A DNA stretch of 63,583 nt, counting the filler, from Guillardia theta CCMP2712 (Eukaryota > Protista > Cryptophyta), in NCBI RefSeq assembly GCF_000315625.1. It is 8 parts of 8 records of this genome, joined end to end, with 100 filler letters (N's around TTAATTAATTAA, not from the genome) between each part and the next. Parts side by side here need not be neighbours in the genome. Positions count along the whole stretch, not along the records: positions 8,157 to 30,595 come from NW_005434618.1; 7 more parts are not named here. The stretch is one strand, 5' to 3'. How positions within the stretch are numbered: the stretch's first letter is position 1; each line of letters opens with the position of its first letter. The translations under genes were made by a program, and so were the position numbers. This document shows positions 11,194 to 28,556 of this stretch, one piece after another. The notes under the pieces were generated by a model, which saw only the letters and a list, made by a program, of their open reading frames with translations, had not been told where the DNA came from and searched no databases.

Positions 11194-12462
11194 ATGAGCA
11201 TATCAACTGTGGGTGAGGTGTCTGTTGTGGAGGACCAGATGGTTCGGGAACAATTGGACAAGTGCTTGCAAATGTGTGAGCATGGAGACGCAGTGCATGT
11301 GATCAATGCACTTCACAGTTTGAATGGAGCCAAGGCAGAGACAATCGAGCAACTGATTCGTCTTCAACCATCAGACAACGTCGATTTCGTCAGCACCTTC
11401 CTGGTAGAGTTGGAGTTGGCTTTGGAACTGTGCATTGCTCCAACCCCAAAGCTGGGAACCATTGAGGGTGGACTGCCATTCCTGTATTTCTTCCAAGATG
11501 AGGAGCTGAACTTGTTGGCAAATATCCCTTCGCCGGCTTGCAAGGAACAGGTTGCAAGATTCCTTGAAGCACTAGACGTTCCACTTTCCTCCGGGTTTGC
11601 AAGCCGAGGGGTTCGAGAGACAGTTGTTGAGTTTCTGAGACACCAAGTGAAGCCGGATCTCGTTCAGCAGCAGCTTCACAGAGAGAGAGAGAAGAAGAAC
11701 CTCTCCTGGGCTGATCAGAGCTCAAGTGATGCGTACTCGAGCGACAACGACTCTGACCTCCCGCCTTTGGAAGAGGGAACCGAGAGCGAGGTCTCGGACT
11801 GCCCACTGCTTGAGTACGACAGCGATGATGTTGATGAGACTGAAATGTTCAGACTTCATGAAGATTACTCGTCGGAAGAGGACGACGATGCTTCTCTCCT
11901 GGACGAGGCTGCCGAGCTCTTCTTGTGGGCGTTGCCAATGAAACACAGAGAAGGCGGCAGAGAATGCGACGGAAACATTACCAACAGTATGAACAAGATT
12001 GCAGCTGAACAGCGACAACGCCAGGCTGAGATTTTCGTGAAGACTAGAATATGCAAGAACTGGAAGGAAACAGGCTTCTGTCGCTTTGGTGATCGATGCA
12101 ACTTTGCTCACGGAGATGGCGAGTTGAGGACTGTCAGTCCGTCTGTTGTCGAAGCGTCTGTGTCTGCTCGTCCTGCTGCTCGCAAGCAAGAGTGTGCACC
12201 CACAGGAGCTGCCACCGCCGCTCGCAACTATAAGACTCAAATGTGCAAGAACTTCGAGGCACACGGATTCTGCGGGTTTGGCGACAAGTGCAACTTCGCA
12301 CATGGCAAGGAAGAACTTCGCTCAGGAGGTCGCGCACCGTCGGACACTCGTCACTTCAAGACGCGTCTGTGCAAGACCTTCGCTCTCAAAGGCAAGTGTC
12401 CCTACGGTGACAACTGCACGTACGCGCACGGCAAAAGTGAGCTGATGTCAAGCGCTTGCTAG
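11194..12462 (+). CDS. CCCH zinc-finger RNA-binding protein with three TTP/Tis11-type fingers
   Basis: Three C-x8-C-x5-C-x3-H fingers with KTR/YKTQ/FKTR lead-ins (KTRICKNWKETGFCRFGDRCNFAHG etc.); uninterrupted 422-aa ORF. Confidence 0.92.
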   Translation: MSISTVGEVSVVEDQMVREQLDKCLQMCEHGDAVHVINALHSLNGAKAETIEQLIRLQPSDNVDFVSTFLVELELALELCIAPTPKLGTIEGGLPFLYFFQDEELNLLANIPSPACKEQVARFLEALDVPLSSGFASRGVRETVVEFLRHQVKPDLVQQQLHREREKKNLSWADQSSSDAYSSDNDSDLPPLEEGTESEVSDCPLLEYDSDDVDETEMFRLHEDYSSEEDDDASLLDEAAELFLWALPMKHREGGRECDGNITNSMNKIAAEQRQRQAEIFVKTRICKNWKETGFCRFGDRCNFAHGDGELRTVSPSVVEASVSARPAARKQECAPTGAATAARNYKTQMCKNFEAHGFCGFGDKCNFAHGKEELRSGGRAPSDTRHFKTRLCKTFALKGKCPYGDNCTYAHGKSELMSSAC

Positions 12463-13134
12463 AAGACACCTACATGGTCGATATTTGTATTTGTATGCCA
12501 AGGTTGCCTCTGACATAATAATGAAAACACAAAAATATATCTTCATCTCTCTCCTCCCTCTCTGCTTCCTCTCACTCCTTTCGCTCACCCCTCTCCCTCC
12601 TTCCCTTGCTTCCACCCGCTCTAAGGAGGTGAGATGTGGCGCGAGGTCTCGCGGAGCTTCAAGGAGCTGCTGACTGCTTGGCGTAGTTGCTGCCTTGACG
12701 GTAAAGCAGTTTTCTGCAGGTTTTCTGATTGTTGGTGGAGCAGGTAGGGGATGCGGGGCAATGGAGGAGATGGGGGAAATGGAAGAGAAGGAGAAGGAGA
12801 AGAGAAGGAGAAGGAGAAGAGAAGGAGAAGGAGAAGAGAAGGAGAAGGAGATGAGAAGGAGAAGGAGATGAGAAGAGAAGGAGAAAAGGAAGAGAAGAAG
12901 GATCAGGACAGGAACAAGAGGTTTGAAATGGCCGGGGGAGATGTGCAGGGATGGGAGAGGAGAGGGACGTTGGCAGGGGCTCAGGTTCTGCGAAGAGAGG
13001 TGGAGAGGGGGCCGCCCAAACGGCACCACCCTCTCCCTCCTCGTCTCCCTTCCCCTTCTTGGTTCTCACTGACAAGGTTCTGCTTTTGTTCAGTGCCGCT
13101 CCTCAAGTTTCCCATCGCTACCAGCACCGGGGCT

Positions 13135-13778
13135 ATGAAGTCTGTAATGCTCGTCCTGCTTGTCGCCTGTCTCGCTGGCATCGAGGCCTTCACAGGCAGC
13201 ATTACACCTCGCAAGCATGTGCTGGCCGTGAGCAGCAAGCGGAACATGCGTCCTCTCATGTCGGCGGACGAGGGATCAGCGACCCAGCGATCTCCCTTTC
13301 TTGCTCCGTTGGCCATCGCAGACGCGGAGCTGAACGTGGCGTCAGGTATGAGGAGGAGGAGGATGTCGGAGCAGCGCGTGTACGGGAGCAGGAGAAGCAA
13401 AGAGGGCAGGAAGAAGGCGACGGTAGGAGTGAAGGAGACAGCAGGTGACTTGCTTCCTCTCTACGTCCTCATTCTCAGCCTCTTCTTTCAGGCGTCGGAG
13501 CGCTACTCGGCTTCATGGCTGCTGGTCCTGTGGGCGCGCTGGCAGGAGCAGTCGGCTCAGCCATGTTCTCCAAGAAGGACAACATGGCTGGAGAGACTGT
13601 GCGGACAGCGGCGAGGGCAGCGAACGTGCTCTGGGAGGCGTCAGGGGAGGTGACGGGGGCAGTGAGCAAGAGCCCAGTAGGAAGCATGATGCGAGAGGGG
13701 CTGAGGAGCATGGACGGCGCCATTGACAACTTAGACGAGAGCTTGTCGAAGAAGAAGAGGAGGAGGAGGAAGAGTTAG
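13135..13778 (+). CDS. Plastid-targeted small protein with glycine-zipper segment (2 exons; intron about 13346-13491)
   Basis: Signal peptide MKSVMLVLLVACLAGIEA followed by F (AF cleavage motif) and an S/T/R-rich transit peptide; exon 2 encodes GVGALLGFMAAGPVGALAGAVG. Confidence 0.7.
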
Positions 13779-13882
13779 ATACGTTTGCTCTCTTTCTTTC
13801 CTGCCTCGACTCCTCCTTTCCTCCCCCGCTTGTTCTCTTCCTGGTTATCGTACATCCTCATGAGACTCATAGTGCCAAGGGC

Positions 13883-20461
<6,579 letters not shown>

Positions 20462-20742
20462 TGGGACAGCATGTCGGGCAGCGAAAAATGAAGCTTGAAA
20501 CAAAGGTGCAGGAAGAGACATGCAAGGGGGATGAGGGTATCAATATTTGAAGGGGGTAGGGGGTGTTTATGGTAGGGGTTATCATTGTCAAGTACCCGTT
20601 CTGAGACACATGGAGAGAAAGAAAAATATGGTGATGTGTGGGTAGGGTATTGAAGGTACCCCATCATTGTCACAAAAGGGGGGTAGTATCAAAACAATTT
20701 TTGGAGTGCTAAGGCGGTTGAAATCAATGCGTAGGGGGGGGG

Positions 20743-20778
<36 letters not shown>

Positions 20779-20930
20779 CAGAGAGACAGAGAGTGTGCAA
20801 GTGAGTAGATGAGTGTAAGAGAGAAACAACGACAGTGACAGGCGGGCAGGCAGTGAAAAGGTGAGAGGTAGCGAGTGGTGAAGGATTTGACTTTTCTTTG
20901 AACAATCGGTAGAGGATTCGTCAAAACAGA

Positions 20931-21969
20931 ATGTGGAGATGGAAACCATCGGTAAGTTATCATCTCATGTCGGTTCGCTCGAGCCATCTGTTCCTGTGAA
21001 TCTGTCGAGATGCTCTTTGCAATCGACGAGGCCTGGGTAACAGTGGAGAAGGTGTGGGAAGACAGAGGCTTGGTAGCTCATCCTTCCTTCCAAAGCCTCA
21101 AGGGCTCCGCCAAACTACACAAACTTGAGATCAACGCGAGGATGATGGGGCAGGCAGGTAGCAAACTTGCGGGTGCCCGACAGGCAGCACGAGACTGAAC
21201 ATGTTGTGCTACAGGCGTCGAGCAGGGGGAGGCGACGGGAGCACACAAGCCGTTGCCAGTTCGGAATGACTTGGGGGGAAACAGGAACTTCGCTGAAGAG
21301 TTCGACCTCTTCATGCGGCGTCACGGCAAGAGAAGGACAGGAAGGTCTGTCAGTTCGGCTCTGCTGCTTGCTTGTCATGACATCCGTCAACGTCCAGGAA
21401 TCGAGAGGAACCCGGCCGACAGAAGCTGCAGCCCATCACGATGCGGACGAGAGGTGACGGAGCAGAGGAAGCGAACTGAGTTGACGAGGTTGGTGAGCTC
21501 AGAACGAGCGCTCGCTGCCACGTGGGCTCCCATCTCCAAGGCTGAGTGCGGCAAGGCGTTTGACGGGAACAACTCCAAGAAGATCCTGCTCGGAGTACAG
21601 CTGGCGCGGAATGAGATGGAAGCGGCGGCGCAGGCAAGGCTGGCGAAGAACATGAGGGAGCTTCGGATGTTCGTGGAGGAGTTTGAGATGGTGTAGATAA
21701 TGGGAGAAAGTCGCGATGGTTGACAGTCATGGCAGAAGGAACGAGGAGGAGAGAAGCCGCTCGTGCTGCCTGCGATCAAACGAGACGGGAAGGGCAATGC
21801 TCCAGAGGTCTCACTTTCTTGTTTCCCAGCTGGTAACCTAATGACGTTGCAGCCATGGAGCTCAAGGCAGAAGAAGCTGACCTTCGATATAGACCCTGTT
21901 AACAGAAACATCGCATCCCAAATGGAAGACAACGTCAGGAATATCTTCCAGCAGCTAAGAGATACATGA
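20931..21969 (+). CDS. Multi-exon hypothetical protein
   Basis: Coding-like ORF segments (21253-21696, 21763-21969) with GT..AG breaks; no family recognised. Confidence 0.35.
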
Positions 21970-22442
21970 TGTTTGAATACTAGATCGCCACCTATCCCTG
22001 TGTTTTCTGGTTCTTTCTTGTACTGTCTATGTCATAACTAAAATGTGATATAATGTGTCTGCTATCTCCTGCAGTATCAGTCAAACCCACTCCTCTTCTC
22101 CTTCCACCATCTTCTACCTCCTCCTCCTCCTCTCCTTCCACCATCTTCTACCTCCTCCTCCTCCTCCTCTCCTTCCACCATCTTCTACCTCCTCCTCCTC
22201 CTCTCCTTCCACCATCTTCTACCTCCTCCTCCTCCTCTCCTCCTCCTCCTCTCCTTCCACCATGTTCTCTCCGACTGCACCCACATCTATTTTATCACCC
22301 CCACCTCCTCTAAATCCATTCGTAGTACCCCTCTTTAGCCTTATATGGTTACCACCCCCCAATTCACCCTACTATCACGGTAAAGTGCACCCCCCTCGCA
22401 GCGCTATATGAGCTCACCGTGCTAGAGCTCGGGTAGAGCGGC

Positions 22443-25150
22443 ATGCTGGAGAGCGACAAGGGAGGGAAGGTGGAGGAGCTGGCGATGGAGGAGGCGGTGA
22501 GGGCGCAGTGGAGCCGAGAGAGCGACAGAGATGCTGTCCTCAAGAAGCTGCGAGAGTGTGGTCTCCGCAGCTACCTCGGCCTCGTCAAGTGCATCGTTTC
22601 GCCTACATGGCACGCTCGAATCCCACGATCGTGCCGGCTGCGAGGGATCCCGACGCTGATCAATGTGCTGATCAGCGACAAGATCAAAGGTGCCAAACTC
22701 CTCCGCTCGCAGTCTCTCCGCTCGCTCGTCGCCATGGGGACTCTAGCATTGAACACCAAGCCCTTCTTGGTGAGTTATAGGCCTGCGTGCCTCGTGCTCA
22801 TGGATGTGGCAGACGAGACTAGAAAACTTCGCAACAGAGAGAAGGGGAGAGCAAGAGACATGCCATCAGACAAGACTCCTGCATGAACAACAAGTATGCC
22901 CTCCACATGTCTGAAGCAAGTGACAAGCCGCACGCAGATATTGTCGACTGTGCGCAGCTTAGGGTTGACGTGCGAGGGGGACATGAGAGCTCTGCTGCTG
23001 ATGCCTGCCGAGTTGCTCGAAAGTGAGGAGAAGGAGTTGCAGAAGGTCTTGAGGGAGTCCCTGCTTGCACTTGTGCCGTATGAGGTCAGACTGAGTGGCA
23101 TGCTGGAGAGCTCTACCCTCACCTCCTGGTCGTGCAGGTGGGAAACGAGGAGACGAAGCTGAGTTACTTCATGTCTCACTTCTGGTTTCCTGCTCCCTCT
23201 CCTCTCCTTCCTCTAGTTCTGACGCGTCAGCGTGCAGGGAGGTCGAGCCGGGGCTTCAGCTCGTCTTGAGTTCGGCATGCGACAGCGAGGGAGAGGGCAA
23301 GCACCTTAAAGACTCGCTGCAGCGATGTGGAGTACACGGGCTGGTGGACTTGATGCTGACGCTGTTCACGAGTGTGGATGAGGTTGCAGGAGGAGGAGGA
23401 GGGGAGGAGCTCAGGCTGCTGTCCAGGTGCACGATGCGAGACATTGTCTGCTCGGGGAGAGCACGCTGCTGAATCAGCTGCTGCTACTCCGATGCGGCAA
23501 ACAGAGCATGCTGACCAGCTCCTGCCTCCTCCGGCTGGCAAGACTGACAGCACTGGAGTCTGCGGACGGCTCGAGTGGGGTGAGGAGAGGAGGCCGTTCT
23601 CCCTCGCTCTCTGACACCATCCAAGCTCATCTTCACCGCTCCCCATGGCATCTTCCTGCATAGACCTGGGCATGCTGACCACAAGGCTGAGGTGAGCCAG
23701 ACCTCGCTTTACCTCCTCTCTGTCCTCTCTTCCTTGCCTCTGTCTGCCCTCCGTCAGTCTCTGTTCAGGTCTACACGTCTACCCTCGCGCAGACCCTGGC
23801 GCAAGACGTCGACGCCTCCTTCGTCATTTGGTTGAGCTTTCAGTCTCCTCATGCCTGGCTAACTACGGGGCAGGTCGGAGCAGGAGAGGAGCCGATCAGG
23901 TTTCTTGCAGAAACCCGAGCCGTTCAACCATGTGAGGATGCGATGTTGCTATGGCGAGCCTGACTGTGTGCTGCCGCGCTACTTGCTGCTGTCGCTCCAA
24001 GGATCCCAACTACGTGCCTGGTGGTGTGAAGATAGCGCGAGGGGAGCATGTGACTTGACACAGATGACATCATCGCTGAAGTTCCTTTCTACCGCTTCTG
24101 CCTGCGGCATATTCGCCGGTTCCGCAACAGGCGGCATGGAGTGCTGCTGGTAGACGTGGTGAGAGGCGTGAGGGAGGGGGAGGGGGAAGGAGGGGACTGA
24201 TGTGGTGCCTGCAGCATGGACGTCGGGATGTGATTGCTCGAGCAGACGGGAGTTGCGATCAGTCGGATTGCGACATTGGGGTAGGAGCATTGGAGTACTC
24301 CTCCGGCAAGGAGCAGGACAGGTACGCGAGCAGGAAGACAGGGGAGCTGTCGCTGATGGAGGAACAGACTCAAAGCTGCCGCACTGCGAGAGAGCTTGTC
24401 AAGGTCCTTGTCGGAGCTGTTGGGAGGTGAGGAAGAGAGGGCAAGCTTGTCTTCCTCACCTCGCGGCAGCCTCGGGCTTCACCGTCAACAGCCACCCGAA
24501 GCTCTCGGGCTTCATCTCCTCCATCAACCGCAGGGTGGACGAGGACGAGCCGAGGTGACCCCAGCTGGTGCCCACCTCGTGCCCTGAGGCTGCGGGGCAG
24601 GTACAACACGATGTCGATGCAGGCGGTGAGGATGGGACTGCCGGCAGTGCAGCTAGAGCTGTCGCTGAGGCTGAGGAAGGCGCTGAGGTGAGGGAGGGGT
24701 GAAGTTGATGAGATTGAGGATGAGGAGGATGGAAAGAGAGGAAGAGGAGGAAGAAAACTCATGATGCTGTCAGGAACGACGAGGATCTTCGATGTCAATT
24801 TGCTCATGCACTGCTGGAGAGCTCCAAGTCTGTTGCGTTTGAGTACCAGCCGATACAAACAGATAGAAAATGAAAAAGAGGATGAGGATGACGTCAGCGT
24901 GTCTCTCTCCCTTCTCCCCTACCACCACCAACCCACCCCTCCTCCTCTCCTCTCCTCTCCTCTCCTCTCCTCTCCTCTCCTCTCCTCTCCTCTCCTCTCC
25001 TCTCCTCTCCTCTCCTCTCCTCTCCTCTCCTCTCCTCTCCTCTCCTCTCCTCTCCTCTCCTCTCTCCTCTCACGTTCGATTTCTTGTATACACAGGTATT
25101 GGAGCAGAAGCGCAGCAGCGAGTCTCTCACTCTCAGAGTATTTATATTAA
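22443..25150 (+). CDS. Multi-exon protein with C-terminal Zn-dependent N-formylglutamate-amidohydrolase-like domain
   Basis: Manually spliced exons give LIFTAPHGIFLHRPGHADHKAEVYTSTLAQTLA...DPNY...LLVDVHG...DCDIGVG...AVQLELSLRLRKAL, matching the APH / HxxE / DxHG / QLE pattern of this fold. Confidence 0.6.
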
Positions 25151-25701
25151 AGACCTTAAAGACCAATATGCATAAAAGCACTAAAAATGCATAAGTGAAA
25201 TGCAAAATCCCATCGATTTCGAATTTCATTACAACTTAAATTTAAAGACCATACTTTGTCCACTATACACACTCTACACTCTCTATCTACCTTTCCCCCC
25301 TCTTCTAATTACAAAAACTTCTCCTTCTCTGCAAAATATTCCTTAACAAAAATTTCACAGCACACAAAAATTATTCACCCTCAACCATCCTCACCCCTCC
25401 CCCTGTAATTAAATCTATACACCGTCAACCCATCCGCCCCTACATACTCACCATCCCTCATTATCAAACTCATGCTATCCTCCAATGCCTTCAACGCCTC
25501 CATATCCACATTGCTCGATCCCTTCTTCATCTCTAATGTCATCCTACACAAACCACCTCCTTACATTACATTTTATTTTCTATCTCTTACGCACTCCACC
25601 CACGCCTTTTTATCACCCATATTCCTCTCATTCACTCCTTTTAATATTTTCTCCATTCACTTTATTCACTACCCCTCTCTATTCTCCATCCCTTTATTCA
25701 C

Positions 25702-26309
25702 TTATGTATCACTCGTTTCCTCACCCATCATGTCTATCACCCCTAACGTCCTCTCTATCAATCTATCCCTATACCTCCTCCCACTCTCCAACCCCACAAA
25801 ACGTGACATCCATATCATCCTACTCCACCTCTCCTTCATCACTACCCCATACAATCTCAACAACATCTTCACCCTCTTCCCTTGTGCTCCCCTAATACAT
25901 CCTTCATATCTATATCCACCCTATCCAAATCCTTCACCCTACACTTATAATTCCCCCTCTTGTCCCTCCTCATCCATACCCTCATCATTCTATCCTCACC
26001 CCTCCTCCTCAACGATCCTATCACCTCCCTCTCCTTTAAACCCCAATCACCCCTTCGCTCCCTCTCTACACTCTCCATTATCCCCCTCTCTATCTCCTCT
26101 ATCCTCTCACTAAACTCACTCTCCACCCTCACCCCTCCCCTCAACACCAACTCCACCTCGCTCTTACCCTCACTCTCCATTCTTACAAATGGCGTCTCTA
26201 TATCTATACTCCTACCATCCATCCTCAACTTTATCATCCTCATATCACCCTTCTCCTTACAATCCCCTACACTTATCCTTGACACATCCAACTCACTCAC
26301 ACTCAACAT
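25702..26309 (-). pseudogene. Putative viral-type ssDNA-binding (OB-fold) protein gene with a 1-bp frameshift near 25875
   Basis: MLSVSELDVSRISVG...IDIETPFVRM...EFSERIEEIERGI...; after the shift the reading continues RVKMLLRLYGVVMKERWSRMIWMSRFVGL to a TAA at 25702. Confidence 0.45.
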
Positions 26310-26434
26310 ACCTTATCAGACTACTCTACCCCTTTACATCCCTTACTCATTTTTATACCCACATCTTCCCACAACTCTTCGCAAAACAAGAACTGCTACA
26401 AAAATAATTCAACATATCCCTCTCATGCTCTCAT

Positions 26435-27751
26435 CTAATCCCTATACTCAAATATTATTGGATTCTTACACAAAACACCCCAATCTATCTCTGACTTCCT
26501 CTCCAACAATAAGGGTATCACTCGAGGATTTGGATTGCTCGACAAATTGCTCATATCGATATTCTGGTGTCCCTTATTCTCTATTAACCAATCTACCGCC
26601 TTCTCATTCGGATTACAACACAATGATTTCACATCTAAATACCTCGCGTTCTTTAAAACAAAATCCACCGCTAAATCATTCCTATTCATACTTAACTCCT
26701 TCTTATCAATCCTCAAAGGACGTCTTAACAAATATCTTACCGCCTCCGTATTCGTATTCATACTTAAATATTTCCAATCTATCTTGCTCTCATTCCTTAT
26801 CATAAATCTCACTGCCGCATCCGATGGGTTACTCGATAACCATCTCCAATCTACCTTATCATTCTCACCTTTCTTATAATCCCTATCTCTATATGACTCT
26901 ATTATCTTTATCGCTCGATCATTCGTATTCCCTGATAAACGATCTAGACTTACATACCTCTCGTCCCTCTCTAAATATTTATCAAATATCTCATCGTGTA
27001 TACATCCCGATAAAACACCCGTCTCTGGCATTATCATTCGTGAATATATCCTCTTATACCTATTCTTGTCTATCTTCTTCTTCAACAATCCTAAACTTCT
27101 CACATTCTTGTTCCCAATCAACACTGTATTCACTATCATCTCCGGATGCCTATCCAAAAAATCTATCGCTGCATCACTCGGATTTCTATTCAGATCATCC
27201 ATCATCATCTCTCCTATTGCATCCTCTATATAATACAATGAATTCTTACTCTTCTCCAATAACCTCTCTATATGTTTTGGGTAATACTTCTCTATCATTG
27301 GTATCATACCCTCACTCGGATTTTCTAAAAGCCCTAACAAATTCGTATCTCTCTTCGCATCTATCCAATCCAACAATTTCGGTGGCATCATCCTCTTGTA
27401 CTCCGTCATTATTTGCTCCTTCAGATCTACTGGAAGCCTGCTCAATGATAATGTTGAGTTCCCCTTCCTATTTATCTTTCTATGTATCTCACTCGAGTTG
27501 TCCGATCCATTCTCAAATAGTATACCTATATTCTTACACAATCCACTCAATTGTCTCTTATTCATACCCATCAGCTTCATGCATATCTCAAATGTCCTCT
27601 CATCTCCACATATATGGCTCAACTCCTCCCTCGTCAGCTTAAACAGTCTCACCCTTGATATCAACTCCTTATCCACATACTCCGTCGTTGGCTCTATCGC
27701 CAACAGTGATGACACCACACCTGTCTTCACCGGTGAATGATACTTCAACAT
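26435..27751 (-). CDS. NCLDV-type (I/V)DWxxLSxNP repeat protein with F-box-like motif
   Basis: Roughly ten 22-24 aa repeats (KVDWRWLSSNPSDAAVRF, KIDWKYLSMNTNTEAVRY, ...IDWGVLCKNPIIFEY), preceded by LSRLPVDLKEQIMTEY...KLLDWID. Confidence 0.75.
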   Translation of the reverse strand: MLKYHSPVKTGVVSSLLAIEPTTEYVDKELISRVRLFKLTREELSHICGDERTFEICMKLMGMNKRQLSGLCKNIGILFENGSDNSSEIHRKINRKGNSTLSLSRLPVDLKEQIMTEYKRMMPPKLLDWIDAKRDTNLLGLLENPSEGMIPMIEKYYPKHIERLLEKSKNSLYYIEDAIGEMMMDDLNRNPSDAAIDFLDRHPEMIVNTVLIGNKNVRSLGLLKKKIDKNRYKRIYSRMIMPETGVLSGCIHDEIFDKYLERDERYVSLDRLSGNTNDRAIKIIESYRDRDYKKGENDKVDWRWLSSNPSDAAVRFMIRNESKIDWKYLSMNTNTEAVRYLLRRPLRIDKKELSMNRNDLAVDFVLKNARYLDVKSLCCNPNEKAVDWLIENKGHQNIDMSNLSSNPNPRVIPLLLERKSEIDWGVLCKNPIIFEYRD

Positions 27752-27980
27752 CTACTCTTACCCTTTATCTACATTTTTTTACCCCTTCTCAACAATATTT
27801 TATGGAACCCCATGGACTAAAAGGCGTGGGTCACACATCGCTTCTCATCCTTCCTTATATCCCCTTTATTCACCTTCTTCCAAATTTTAAATCTACAGGG
27901 CTTAGTCAATTAACTTTCGGACAAATCCCCTGGCTAAGTCATTTAACTTCCCCACTAAAAGGCGTGGGTCACACCCCCTC

Positions 27981-28556
27981 TTATAAAAACGGTTCTCTCC
28001 TCACTACCTCACCCTCCCTCGCTCTCCTCCCTACATGCACACGGAATATATTTAACGGAACCCTCTCCCTCCTCCTACATCTATTCCATCTCCCCCAATT
28101 CACCCTTATGTCCACCCTATATCTTGCCATGTCCTTCCTCAACAAATTCAACCATATGTAGATATCACGCATATATAAATACACCGGTATCGTCCTCCTA
28201 AATGTCTCATCGTAGTCCTCATCAAATTCTGTATACCACTCTGAATACATATCCTCATCCTCATACATCCTGAAAAATATTTCCTTCAGATCATACAGCC
28301 TTATCAAATCCTCCCTCGCCCTCTCCCTCGTCATCCCCCTCCTCCTAAACACCCCATTGCTCTCTAATATCCTCAATGGTATGTCTATCAAAAGTCTGTT
28401 CTTCCTCTGCTCCCTCTTCTTCATGAAATTGTAACTAAACCCATATACCTCCTCCTCCAACTTTTCCGCCTTCCTCTCTATCTCGTCTATCCATGTCTCT
28501 AGGTATCCCCATATCAACTCCTGCGCACAATCCGGTAAATCATTCAGATCTATCAT
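27981..28556 (-). CDS. Hypothetical island protein with N-terminal F-box-like motif
   Basis: Begins MIDLNDLPDCAQELIWGYL; intronless; same codon bias as its island neighbours. Confidence 0.55.
   Translation of the reverse strand: MIDLNDLPDCAQELIWGYLETWIDEIERKAEKLEEEVYGFSYNFMKKREQRKNRLLIDIPLRILESNGVFRRRGMTRERAREDLIRLYDLKEIFFRMYEDEDMYSEWYTEFDEDYDETFRRTIPVYLYMRDIYIWLNLLRKDMARYRVDIRVNWGRWNRCRRRERVPLNIFRVHVGRRAREGEVVRREPFL

Noticed and set aside
25472-28161. + strand ORFs of 168-281 aa in the island
   Set aside because: S/L/P/I-rich shadow ORFs caused by the G-poor strand; the - strand ORFs carry the recognisable motifs.
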